DNA of 64,000 nucleotides from assembly GCF_001194135.2 (NCBI RefSeq), contig NC_069003.1, forward strand, positions 17,381,937 through 17,445,936. The letters are read 5' to 3'. This DNA is from Octopus bimaculoides. Lineage: Eukaryota. The notes beneath the pieces were generated by a model. It was not told where the DNA came from, did not search any database, and was given only the letters and a program-made list of their open reading frames with translations. Within the stretch, counting starts at the first letter, position 1, and every line of letters begins with the position of its first letter. The translations under genes were made by a program, and so were the position numbers. Positions 1 to 12,134 of this stretch are shown in pieces.

Positions 1-60
1 CCACAGGGCACTGTCTTGGGACCATTGCTTTTTATAGTCGCTCTCTCAGATATGCCTTCG
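1..60 (+). mobile_element. CR1/L2-type LINE RT fragment
   Basis: Translates PQGTVLGPLLFIVALSDMP (RT domain 4). Related to the copy at about 49400. Confidence 0.75.
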
Positions 61-136
61 CTCAATAAACACTCACAACGCCCGGTCTGGGAATTGAAAC
101 CGCGATCCTATGACCGCGAGTCCGCTGCCCTAACCA
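61..136 (-). mobile_element. tRNA-derived SINE head (truncated)
   Basis: Reverse complement TGGTTAGGGCAGCGGACTCGCGGTCATAGGATCGCGGTTTCAATTCCCAGACCGGG, with a B-box-like GTTTCAATTCC. Confidence 0.65.
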
Positions 137-512
137 TATACATACACACACACATATATACATACACACACATATGTAGAGATAGATAGATAGATAAGAG
201 TACACATACATCTAAAAAAACATTTTAATGAATAAATAAATAAGCAAATAAATACATGTACTAACATATATACAAATAAATACATACATAACTACCTACA
301 TACATAAATTTAAAAAAATTAGATATACGCACATATATATATATTTTTCACTCACACATATTATCATATATTCGAATAATTAATTAGAAAAAGAAATAAA
401 ATATAATCAAAATAGTTAAAATAAGTTATCATATGTTAGTATATAATTTATAAATATATAAACCTAATAAATAACATTACATATTTATAGCAATTAATGT
501 CCATTAAGTAAA

Positions 513-900
513 CTAGCAATGTCTGCCGGCGTTGGCCGGGTATTATGACCTAGAAGCACGTTGTATTATTTGGTCCTTTCTTATGAGCAGAATCGGCACA
601 ACTGATATATAGTTAATGGAAGAATGGAAGTTATTTTTTGTTTAATAGTGAAGGGCGAGGGTACAATTTGCATGGGTGTGCATGAAAGTGCTTTCTGTTC
701 TTAAGAACGATCAGAAACTATGTATTGTTTCATCGTATAAAAGAGGGTTAATACGATTTTGTCCAGAAATCACATTTTCAAAATTTTAATTTCCCTCTAT
801 CCCCATGGCAATTTCTTAATTTGTAACTTTTTACAATGTTTTTTTTTTTTGTTATCTACATAGAAAAATACAGAAATTACGAATGTGGAAATATATATAT
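513..900 (-). mobile_element. Helitron 3' terminus
   Basis: Minus strand ends with hairpin CCGGC-CAAC-GCCGG followed by ...TTGCTAG|T (CTAG at 513-516, T target). Inner boundary uncertain. Confidence 0.7.
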
Positions 901-902
901 AT

Positions 903-1280
903 TCTTTTACTTGATTCAGTCATTTGACTGCGGCCATGCTGGAGCACTGCCTTTAGTCGAGCAATTCGATCCCAGGACTTATTCTTTGTAAGCCTAGTAC
1001 TTATTCTATCGGACTCTTTTGCTGAACTGCTAAGTTACGGGGACGTAAACACACCAACATTGGTTGTCAAGCAATGTTGTGGGGACAAACACAGACACAC
1101 AAACGTATATACACACACGTATACATACAATGGGCTTCTTTTGGTTTCCATCTACCAAATTCACTCACAAGACTTTGGTCAGCCTGAGACTATAGGAGAA
1201 AATACTTGCCCAAGGTGCCACGTAGTGGGACTGAACCCGAAACGATGTGGTTGGTAAGCTAGCTACTTACCACACAGCCA
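903..1280 (-). mobile_element. tRNA-derived SINE (family A)
   Basis: Near-identical to copies at 11725-12134 (+), 18723-19110 (-) and about 31850-32180 (-). Has a TGGCTGTGTGGTAAG head, internal (CA/TA)n and a ...GTCAAATGACTGAA tail. Confidence 0.85.
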
Positions 1281-3294
1281 TATTTTTTATAGTTTAATTT
1301 TTCTTAAAGAAACACTCAATGCCCCTTCCTCCACCTTGCCCACCCATCACACCTACCAGCTTTCAAAAAGCTAAAATCTCCCAATCTTTCACTTTTGTCT
1401 GATGTTTCTTGCAGGCGTACAATTCTACTAAAACAGTAGACTTAAAAAATACCATCCCACCACCAGAAAACCTGACATGCTAGAAACAACAGGTAAATGG
1501 CATTATTTCTGAAGAAACTTCCCTGCTTTCCAAAAAGCTAAAAGTGAACATTGGGAGTGTGTAGCTTTTTAAGTGGTGAGGCAATGGGTAAAATTCTGAA
1601 AGATTTGTACTGTTTTTTTTCCATGGGTTACCAAGAATAAAAATTTGAAAAAAGTAAAACATTAATTTGGTGTGGGGAGGAAGAAAATTAAAATATTGAG
1701 AATGTTTTGTGGNNNNNNNNNNNNNNNNNNNNNNNNNNNNNNNNNNNNNNNNNNNNNNNNNNNNNNNNNNNNNNNNNNNNNNNNNNNNNNNNNNNNNNNN
1801 NNNNNNNNNNNNNNNNNNNNNNNNNNNNNNNNNNNNNNNNNNNNNNNNNNNNNNNNNNNNNNNNNNNNNNNNNNNNNNNNNNNNNNNNNNNNNNNNNNNN
1901 NNNNNNNNNNNNNNNNNNNNNNNNNNNNNNNNNNNNNNNNNNNNNNNNNNNNNNNNNNNNNNNNNNNNNNNNNAATAAGGGGAGTGGGGCGGAGATGTCA
2001 CTTCAGACATGCTAGAAAGGACAGGATTTTGGGGAAAACTTCCTTTTAAGTCTATATCAAAGATCTGGTTTTTAAATACGCTCATCACAAACACAAACTA
2101 CACAGAAAAAGATCATTTTAATTGGGTTTGAGCTGTAAATTTGCATGTGCACACTGCAAGAATTAACATAATTCGCACAGAAGTTTTACCTAGAGTGTGT
2201 GTATGTCAAATGAAGTTATTTTATGGCATTCTTTCATTTGAAGAAGCAAAGTTGTCAACTCAACATATTTGGGATCATATGGTTGTTTGTTAATTTCTCT
2301 AAAATTGTTTTAATTTTTGTATGCTTTGAAGAAAGCAGAAATTGAGGGAGAGGATAAAGTGAAAAGGCAACATTTGCTTTGAAGTGAGAGGAAAAGTAAA
2401 AGAGAGGAGAAAGTCTAAGATGTACATGTATATGAAATGGACGTGAGAGAGAGAGAGAGAAAGAGAGAGTGACTGAAGGTGTGTGTTGTGATGCATGAAA
2501 TTCTTTGCATGTATGTGCAAGTGGCACTTACTCTTTCTCTCTCTCTCACACACACATTATCTTTCATATACACATACATAAATAGGCAGAGGTGAAGAAT
2601 ATGAACACCACCCATTTTTGGTGTAACCCTAATCCTACATACTGAGAGTGTGTATTCTTGACATTTGCCCATAAATACATATGCAAACATCTTTTTTATG
2701 TGTGTGTGAGAAAGAGAGAGAGAGAGAGAGAAATAGAGATGGAGAGTGAGGCTGTATTTCCTCATAACATATAGAGAAATGGATGTCTTTTAGTGCAATT
2801 TTTTTGGTTGGGGCTTATTTCAATACAATATTTATGTGTACACTTTCATAAATGTTTGAGTAGAATTCTACATATGTGTGAAACATCGGACGAAAATGAT
2901 ACGTTAGAAGCAAATCAAAATATTGTCTGAAAATGAACTCAAAATTGTGTAACCCAACCTAGTTGCCGAGGTTATTTTAGTTGTAAAAAAGAGTTGTTGA
3001 GTCAAAAAAATAGTTTATTTGGTAGATAGATAATAAGCAGCTTTCTTTATTATAATACACATGTGACTAATTCGGAGAAACATTACTTTCATTATTCACA
3101 CATCGTCACTCTCGTAATGCAACACTTTTTAATTTTGGTTCAAATTGAAAGTGTGAAACTATTTTCATTTTCTAATGAAACCTGGTCATTGTAGAGAAGT
3201 GTATTTGAATTAACTATAGCTGGTTATTGAGATAACATAGAAAATATGTAAATGAAAATAAAGTTTATTTGACAATTGTAACTGATTTGATTGC

Positions 3295-3500
3295 TCTGGA
3301 AGTTGGCAAGCTGGCAGAATTGTTAGCATGCTGGGCAAAATACTTGAGCGGTATTTCACCTGTTCAAATGCCGCCGGGGTCAACTTTACCTTTCATCCTT
3401 TCACGGTCAATAAATTAAGTACCAGTAAGACTGGGGTCGATGTAATCGACTGGCCCCCTCCCCCGAAATTTCAGGCCTTGTGCCTATAGTAGAAAGGATT
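3295..3500 (+). mobile_element. SINE-like repeat (family C)
   Basis: GGCAGAAT.GTTAGCA...CCTTTCATCCTT...AGTACCAGT...GTCGATGTAATCGAC recurs inverted at about 9075-9260, 19880-20080 and 29730-30530. Confidence 0.7.
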
Positions 3501-3504
3501 TGAT

Positions 3505-3790
3505 TGTTCTGGTCTTAACATCAGATGGTAAGAATAGAAGTCATTTGATGACACCCTTTTGTTTGTAATTGGCTATCCTGTTGCAGGTTCAATCCATGGA
3601 ATATTGAAATGACACCCATCTTGTCCATTCCACAGAATAAGAATATACAGGAGAGCAAGATAAGAGGGAGTAGTCTGTGAAACATGTTTAAGGTTGTTAT
3701 CTCGAACATGAATGAGAATATCATGATTTTCATGGGGATCACCAACCATAAGGATGGCTACTTCATTAGATGTGAGCTCATTAAAACAGT
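3505..3790 (-). mobile_element. Helitron Rep/helicase remnant
   Basis: FNELTSNEVAILMVGDPHENHDILIHVRDNNLKHVSQTTPSYLALLYILILWNGQDGCHFNIP continues through a stop into NKRVSSNDFYSYHLMLR. Matches the RepHel pattern NAPT..EVA...SYDALQYP..FW.GEDGY...KVS...FYSYRLM. Confidence 0.85.
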
Positions 3791-4429
3791 GTAAAATGTA
3801 CAATTGCAGATATACACACACACTCATAGAATTGATAATATTGAAAACAGCAAAACGTACACACATGAAGTTCAAGTGAAATGAAATGTAGTCAATATAG
3901 GTGCAAAACATACTTTCTGTAGCATAGTTATGCTATAAAAAAAATAGAAAGTCAACATTTATTTGAAACATGCATTAAATGTTATAAAATTCACAACTGA
4001 ATGAATGTCATGGTGAAGAAAGTGAAAGTCTAATAAAATTCAGAAGGCATAATTCAATATTACATACAAAAATAATTTATTTTGCAATTTGAAACGAACG
4101 CTGAACCAAGTGTATAGAAAGGAAGATGCTGTTGTTGTAACGTTAATTTAAAGTATTTGCTGAAGGATGTATGTAGCAAGATATAAATTAATTTGACATT
4201 ACATATTTTTTTTAACTGTGTAATGTTAGAATAAATACTGTAGAATAAATACTGATTAACGCAGTAAAAAGGTTGTGTGACGTTGATACTCACAGTGATG
4301 AAGAATACAAGGACTGTTAAAAAAACATTATCTTGAAACTGGTTAGAAGGAGTGGAATAACATTTCTGTAATTATATTGAAAGAGCTGTGGTTTTCTACT
4401 TCGCCAAGTTTCTGAATTTGCTATAACCA

Positions 4430-5027
4430 GAATGATTTTTTTTTTCAGATATATTTGCGAGTATTGTGAGAGGTGTTAAATCAGGCAAATCTTCATGTTG
4501 GTAGTATTTGAAAGTGAACGTTTGTTTAAAGTCCAAGCCACAAGTAAACTTTCAATATCCGCATGGGGGAGGGGAAGTTACATATGCAAACTGTTGCGGG
4601 GAGAGGAAGTTACATATGCAAACTAAGAGACACACACACGTGAAGCCTATCTGTGCCTGTATGTGTCTGTCTCTGTCTTTAGATGCATCTGTGTATGTGT
4701 GAGTCATCACAAAAATGTATGTATACTGACAGACATATACTTGTCAATCATCGGCCTAATATAGGTAACAAACGTGCGAATACATGCATAAAGAAAATAT
4801 GACGTCATCGTCATTATGGTGGTGATATAAAATGTTGATAGATGACTAAAAGAAAAATGATAATGTTAAATTTTTGTAATGCACATATGTGAATGAAAAT
4901 ATAGTTTGGTTGGTAGCCAAAAGCTTACGGAATCTTTTGATACTCCTTACTTGAAAATCGGCAAACTCGTTTTTGGAATGCATAAGGAACATACGCACAC
5001 ACACAAACTCTCTTTTATAGTTATAGA
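4430..5027 (-). mobile_element. Helitron 5' terminus region
   Basis: Minus strand begins A|TCTATAACTATAAAAG followed by (GT)n. Same orientation as the RepHel remnant. Inner boundary uncertain. Confidence 0.6.
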
Positions 5028-5649
5028 TAATTAACAATAATTTATTCCATAAAATGACTATTCTGTATCTGAGTTATATCATCTGTATAAATATTAATAC
5101 TGAAGATATATTAATGATATATCAACTTAATAAAAAGATTACAAATTCAGTCAAATTTATTATTTATTAATGCTAATGAAATATTAGAAAACTATTTATA
5201 TTTTGCAAAAAGAAATTTATCATATTTTTGCTTGGGTACTTCTGTGTTAACATTATTGTTATCTAATTAATTCATGACAATAACTATTTTTATAACTGTA
5301 TATTTTTTTTAATATTATGTATTCATTATTTTTCTTGTTTGATTGTTTAATGTTTTCGTCCTGTTTTCAATATGATATATATGAATTTCTTTGTACATTC
5401 TTCCCTGATGATATTCTGGCTTGTAATAATTAACCAAATTGATTTAATTAAATTAAATTTGATTGATTTCATACTATAAGAGATGAATTGAAACAATTAT
5501 AAGTCTTGTGAACATATTAATAAATTTTTATTAATCTTATCTCCATCTTTCTTGGTTTTTATAGTAATAATATACATATGTGTGCCTATATTATAAGTAT
5601 TCAACCAGGCTAATCTTGGACATTTCTATCCTTCTGAGGTTTTTATATC

Positions 5650-6540
5650 CCATTCAAGCATGGTCGTTGCCAGTGTTGCCTGACTGGCCCTCATGCTTGT
5701 GGCACATAAAAAGCACTCACTACACTCATGGAGTGGCTGGCTTTAGGAAGGGCATCCAGCTGTAGAAACTTTGCCAGATCAGACTGGAGCCTGGTGCAAC
5801 CTTCTGGCTTGCCAGCCCTCAGTCAAACCATCCAACCCATGTCAGTATGGAAAGCAGACATTAAACGATGATGATGATGAAATATATATATATATCATCA
5901 TCATCGTTTAACATCCATTTTCGATGCTAGCATGGGTTGGATGGTTTGACTGGGGTCTGGGAAGCCAGGAGGCTGCACCAGGCCCCAATCTGATCTGACA
6001 GTGTTTCTACAGCTGGATGCCCTTCCTAACACCAACCACTTCTAGAGTGTAGTGGGTTGCTTTTAACGTGCCACCAGCACAAAGGGCCAGAGGAGTTGGC
6101 ATTGACCATGATCAGATGGTGCTTTTTATGTGCCACCGGCATGGAAGCCAGTCAAGGCGGTACTGGCATCGGCCACGTTCAAATGATGCTTTTTACATGG
6201 TACTAGCATGGGGCTCACAACTACAATTTCCATTTGATTTGATAATGATATTGCTGATGTTGATGTACTTGACTCGGCATCAACCATGTTCGGATGGTTC
6301 TTTTTACTAGCACGGGGCTCACAACTACAATTTCCATTTGATTTTGACATTGCTGATGGTGATGTACTTGACTCAATAGGTCTCCTCAAGTATGACATGT
6401 CGTCTTACAATCCAAGGTACTTTTGAGTGGGCTGGTTATGCGACACTGGTGTAGGTTACAGCTGTGGGCTCACTTTATTTGTCGGGTTTTCTCAGTCACA
6501 GCATACCTCCAGAAGTCTCGGTCTTTTGTCATTGCCTCTG
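5650..6540. mobile_element. Tail-to-tail pair of RTE-type 3' ends
   Basis: A + copy ending in (GAT)n at 5880, a (TA)n spacer, then a - copy starting (ATC)n at 5894. Both match the 3' UTR of the RTE at 37841-38400. Confidence 0.85.
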
Positions 6541-6809
6541 TTATATATATATGTATATACACATATAGAATATGAGGGGTTTACTTCACTGGTCATCTAA
6601 ACGAATAGGTACGCTGTGTAAGTGCTATAATTGGTTATCCATTAGGTTCCAAGTTCACGGCTGAGGCTGGATCTGTAGTAGGTTTTTGAGTTAGCAGGCA
6701 TATATTAGAGTAAAAAAGACAACAAAAATGAAGGCAGGATGAGTATCTCAAGTCATTTAGAATATTTAATTAGAGTAAGATGAATTTGAGGTAAATAATC
6801 AATTAATTA

Positions 6810-6892
6810 TTGGATGTCTTACAGCTGTTTCTGGAATATTCCAAGTGATAGGTTAGCATCTCCATACACTGGGTATTCCCTCATCAGATGCA
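6810..6892 (-). ncRNA. Hammerhead ribozyme-like motif (degenerate)
   Basis: CTGATGA (6887-6881), GGAATA/TATTCC stem II, GAAAC-AGCT-GTA. Stem I pairing is poor. Confidence 0.5.
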
Positions 6893-8323
6893 AGGTGTGT
6901 ATGAAATTTCTAGACAGAGAATTCACAGTTTATAAAGGAATAAAATAGTAGATAGAAGAATACAGACAGGAGAATAAAGTTCACAGCTCATCTTCCAGAG
7001 GGTATGGAGGTTGGTTCATACTTCCATGTTACTGGGGCCACAATTTAATGCACCTAGTACACTCTGTGCAGTGAGCGGAGGACAAGCATCGACAACATAT
7101 GTTGAAAGAATTGTTTAACTTGTTGAAAATATGCCATGATAATATAGTGTCTAGTATTTTGTGAAATAGATGGTGATAGCATGGACATCCAGCCATGGGA
7201 AACAAACCAAAAACTAACGTATGAGTGATATATAGGCCTCTAGCTCATCCAGCAGGGCAATTACTCTGAATAACAACTGACTTGGACTTTAACAATCTAA
7301 TCAACCCATGGTAACATAGAAGGCAGACATAAAATGATATGATGAATATTATCATCATCAGCAGCAGCAGCATAGTTTAAAAGTTTGTTTCACAACCAGA
7401 TGGTTCTAAATTCAATAGTACAGCACCTTAGGCAAGTTTTGTTTTTCCACCATAGTCTTGGATTGACCAATAATACTTAAGGAATATAAATTTGGCAGAC
7501 AATTACTGTATGGAAGATCCTCCTGTGTTTGTCTTTTGGCAAAAGATGTATATAACAGCAAGAAAGCTCAATAAACCTGGCCATTCAAACATCAATACCT
7601 TGTGATATTTATTCCGCTCAACTTATACAAACACTCTTTTGTCACTAAGGTATTGTCAGAAATGCAATGGGATATCTACAACCAATGGCATTTATTGCTT
7701 ACATGAGACAAAATATGAGTTCCGTAACAGAACCTATGACATTTTTAAAGGAATCAACTAAAACTATTTCTGTATCAAAGAAACTCCACAGAATATCATT
7801 TCATGCTTGAGTAACTTTAGTGGAGTGGATTTTGTTGGAAGCATTCAGACTTGACCTCTAGTTTAAAAAGAACTGCCTTCTTGCCATTAGTTTTTGATGC
7901 TTTGGAAAATAAAGAGCCATGGGTACCTGCCCCTTTACTTTCTGACTAACCCCACCAAAAGACCATTAGCAACCATACTTTTGTATTGTTATTCCAACCA
8001 CTTAAATAGCATCTAAAGAATGACAACACAAAAAAAGAAAAAAAAACAAACTCAGAGCAACAAGTGAAGTTTTTAAACTTCCAATAAAACTACATCATCT
8101 TTTAATGCCTGTCTTTCATGCTGGCTCTGAGCTCCAACATCTGATTTACCAACTACTTTACAGAGTGTGTTGGGTGCATTCTTTGTAGCAAGATTTCCAT
8201 GTAACTGGCAAGACAAAAGTATTGATCTCTCAACAGACTGGAGTGTGTGTGTGTGTGTATTCAATAACAAATTAAAAGCAGTGCTAGTGTTGTAAACATT
8301 ATTGACCACACATACTCAATGTA

Positions 8324-8670
8324 TGTGTTTTGCTTGTTCACTACAGTAAAGCACCTAAAGGGTGACTCCCTCATTGCACTGGGTGTCAAAACACCTGAAA
8401 GTCATAGAAAGACAAGACAACTCACCCCAGATCATATTCAGGAGTGATGGATACTGATATTTCACTCTTTTTGTAGGTTATCAACACCATCATGTACCTG
8501 AATCAAACTGGAGACAAACAGAATCACCAGATCATCACTCCTGAATGGGATCTGGAGCAAGTTGTCTTGCCTGTCTATGACTTTCAGATGTTTTAACACT
8601 CAGTGTAATGGGGGGGGGGGGTTAATCTTTTAGGCACTTTACTGCAGTGAACCAGCAAACAAGCAAAACA
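8324..8670. mobile_element. Fold-back MITE with about 130-bp inverted arms
   Basis: Arm 8324-8450 matches the reverse complement of 8530-8670 (TGTTTTGC...CTGAAAGTCATAGA...CAGATC...TTCAGGAGTGATG). Flanked by TA on both sides. Confidence 0.85.
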
Positions 8671-9383
8671 TACAGAATATGTGCAGTCAATAATATATAC
8701 ACATACAAACACCATTTTAATATCCATTTTTCCATGCATGCATGGGTTAAATGCAACATATTGACTGGATGCCCTTCCCGTCACCAATCTGCATCTGTTT
8801 CCAAACAGACATGATTTTCATGGAAGACAGAGAACAAATACCATTTATATGATAGTGATGCTTCTTTATAATCATCACAAGACAAAGGTAAACAAACATG
8901 TAGACACAGACATATACAGCAAGCTTCTTTTATTTGCTGACACTAAATCTACTCACAATCCTTTGGTCAGCCCAGTAAAAGACACTTGCCCAAAGTGCTG
9001 TGAAGTGGGACTAAACCCAAGACCACATGATTGGATAACAAGCTTAACTAGCTAGCCATGCCTGTACCATGCAAAAATTTCAGAGAAGGAAGTAAGTCAA
9101 TTACATCAACCTTGGTGCTCAACTAGTACATATTTTATCAACCACAAAAGGATGAAAGGCAAAGGTGACTTTGGCAGAATTTGAACTCAAAACAAAGACG
9201 GGCAAAATGCCACTAAGCACTTTGTGCTTAGGAGTGCTAACGATTCTACCGGCTTGTTGCCTTACCTCTAAATATATTAAAATATGTACCTATAAATTTA
9301 TTAAAATATGTCCAAATGTTTTGCTAACTCATGTTCGAAGCTTGAGAAGAATTACCAAGAAAACTATGTCTCCTGTTTGAGTT

Positions 9384-9556
9384 TCAACTTGTGCCTGCTT
9401 CATTTTCAATGACACTTGTATTAGAGAGGTTGAATGGGGTCTCACTTGCCAAAGACTGGAATGTCGTGTTGTTTTTCATCAAGTAAGAACCAGCTTCCAC
9501 TTCAGTCAAATGGTCCATCAATTCTTCTATTTGAAGTAATTTCAACACCATTTGGG
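9384..9556 (-). CDS. Candidate terminal coding exon, possibly MCM9
   Basis: Acceptor TTTGTTTGTTCTTTGCAG|CC CAA ATG GTG, then QMVLKLLQIEELMDHLTEVE... to TGA. AATAAA about 85 nt downstream (plus-strand tttatt 9297-9302). Only weak similarity to recalled human MCM9 CELILEKLELQSLL. An alternative donor AA|GTGAGA lies at 9445. Confidence 0.4.
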
Positions 9557-9956
9557 CTGCAAAGAACAAACAAAATTTTTTAAAAATTCAAGTACATGTA
9601 TGACAATGTTTTGGTTGTTTTAAATCTAAAACAACAAAGAAATAACAGTAACCATTGACAAAACTAACGAACTTATGAAGGAAGCCTCTACATGCTTGCT
9701 TGAAATGTTAGAAACAGAAGCCAAATCTGTCAAATTACACCCTACCATCTTAGAAAGGAACTCATTTGATAATGAACTCTTAATGCCTGGCTTGAGAAAG
9801 AGAGAGAATGGTCACAGCTCGAATGTCTTTGATCGTAGATTTACTTTGTCAAGGCTGACCTGGAGAATCAAGAAATTTAAAATTCTAGTAATGTCTGTCC
9901 ATATGGATAAATGAAAGTGAAGTTAAAGTTTCAATTCTTCATTTGGTATTTATTAA

Positions 9957-10170
9957 CCCTTTTGTTACTATTTTTCTGTTGAAATACACAGCCTTTATTC
10001 CAATTAATTATGAAAATAATGAAAAATTTAGTAAAATAACAGTCATAAGCTGGTGTTTTGAAAAATAAATTTTGAAATTTTAATGATATATTTTAATTTA
10101 CATTACTTTAAAAGGGGTAGTTTGTGTAATACAACCTGAACAAGTTTCAGGTGAGTTGGTATCAAAAGGG
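9957..10170. mobile_element. piggyBac-type MITE
   Basis: TTAA|CCCTTTTGTTAC ... GGTATCAAAAGGG|TTAA. Related copies at 30944-31554, 31560-31743 and about 32205-32335. Confidence 0.85.
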
Positions 10171-11485
10171 TTAAAAGATGAAAATTAGCCATGACAGTCA
10201 GACAGAGAAGCAGGAAAAGAGAGTGCGAGAGTTGTAATTGTCTAACAAATAATTTGATCTGAGACTGTATATTCAAGCTAAAACAACTGCAGCTATTTGA
10301 AAAACACACAAAAACTGTCAACTCTTAAACATTTATTACTTGGTGTCAAAGGTTTTGCTGCACTAACAGTGACAAAGTCAGTGACACGATTCCACTGCAC
10401 TGCATCTTGCTGAAAATTTACTCAAACAGGAAAAACTTGAAAGCCTACATAAACAGATTAACAGTTGCAATGGAATTGCATCAAAGACCAGATTGCAGAG
10501 AGTGCAATGAAAATTTCTACATCAAATAATAAATGTGCAAATGAAGTTATGAGGCAAAAACATGGCTGTGTAGTAAGAAGCTTGCTTCTAGGTTCAATCA
10601 CAGAAGCAAACTTCTTGCCACCTAGGGCAAATGTTTTCTACTACAGTCCTGGGCTGACCAAATCTGTATGAGTGGATTTAGTAGGTAGAAACTGAAAGAA
10701 CCCATTCTATGTGTGTGTATGTGTGTATATATACACACACACACATATACATACATATATACATACACATATGCACACATATATATATACATACATATGT
10801 ATATACACACAGACACACACACATATATACACAGTAAATTCCGCTTTATAAATCCACTGATAATAAATCCAACTGCTTAATGTATCCAAAATGGGTTGAG
10901 ATGGAATTTTTACACATAAAATCTATTGATTAATAAATCCAAACCATCGCTTAATAAATTCAATTGTCACTGCTTCTTCCTAAAGTGTCAACAAGTGGCA
11001 GTGAACGAATGGAGTGAATTTTTCGCTCTTAAATACTAACAGGTAGGCACCAGCAGCCATAGCCAGCCAGCCATGTGGTACACTCCATCATCCCAAAATA
11101 GATCAATGAATATGTAATAGCTGGTGGTGGCTGCTGGAGCCTACCACACAACCCTGTCATTCAAGTGAAAAAGTAGGCTCTGGGACACCTCTTGTCAAAA
11201 TTATGTATCCTTGTCATTCATTGGATGATGGAGTGTACCACATGACAGCTGGATCCTACCTGTCAGTATTTAAGGGCAAAAAATACATGTTGGTCACGCA
11301 GAGAGGCAGACACACAAACAAGTTGTTCAAAATGAAAATAGAGAGGCAGTACAAATCCATGACAGAAAAAGAGAGTTGGTATCAAAAGGGTTAAAAGATG
11401 AAAATTAGCCATGACAGTCAGACAGAGAAGCAGGAAAAGAGAGTGCGAGAGTTGTAATTGTCTCACAAATTATTTGATCTGAGAC

Positions 11486-11718
11486 GGGCATATGGCGTAG
11501 TGGTTAAGAGCATGGGCTACTAACTCCAAGATTCCGAGTTTGATTCCAGGCAGTGACCTGAATAATAATAATAATAACATCAAAAGATACCTTAGGAATG
11601 AGAACCCAGGTTCGAAATTTCCTCAAGACACCTCATGAAGGCTGGAAGGTATATCAGCCGAAACGTGTTAACAACAAACAAGATGAGGACAAATATCTGT
11701 CAAATGTAAATAATGTAC
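11486..11718 (+). mobile_element. tRNA-headed SINE with hammerhead-like tail (family B)
   Basis: A box TGGCGTAGTGG, B box GAGTTTGATTCC, (AAT)n, then GACAC-CTCATGA-AGGCTG...CAGCC-GAAAC-GTGTT at 11627-11669. Confidence 0.75.
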
Positions 11719-11724
11719 ACTTTA

Positions 11725-12134
11725 GGCGTGGGAGTGGCTGTGGTAAGTAGCTTGCTTACGAACCATATGGTTCTGGGTTCAGTCTCACTGCATGGCACCT
11801 TAGGCAAGTGTCTTCTACTATAGCCTCAGGCTGACCAAAGCCTTGCGAGAGGATTTGGTAGACAGAAACTGAAAGAAGCCTGTTATATATATGTACATAT
11901 ATATATATATGTGTGAGTGTGTGTATATGTTTGTGTGTCTGTGTTTGTCCCGCAACATCGCTTGACAACCGATGTTGGTGTTTACATCCCTGTAACTTAG
12001 CGGTTCAGCAAAAGAGACTGATAGAATAAGTACTAGGCTTACAAAGAATAAGTCCTGGGGTCAATTTGCTAGACTAAAGGCAGTGCTCCAGCATGGCCAC
12101 AGTCAAATGACTGAAACAAGTAAAAGAGAAAGAG
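11725..12134 (+). mobile_element. tRNA-derived SINE (family A) inside Tigger
   Basis: Full-length copy of the family at 903-1280. Confidence 0.88.

Noticed and set aside
1415-1492. Plus-strand exon with good acceptor and donor
   Set aside because: Stops in all three frames, and part of the sequence recurs at about 2003-2050, so it lies inside a repeat.
5090-5135. Further hammerhead motif (CTGAAGA-TATA...TATA)
   Set aside because: No GAAA core follows.
11486-11560. tRNA gene
   Set aside because: Has A and B boxes but runs directly into a SINE body and lacks a proper acceptor stem.
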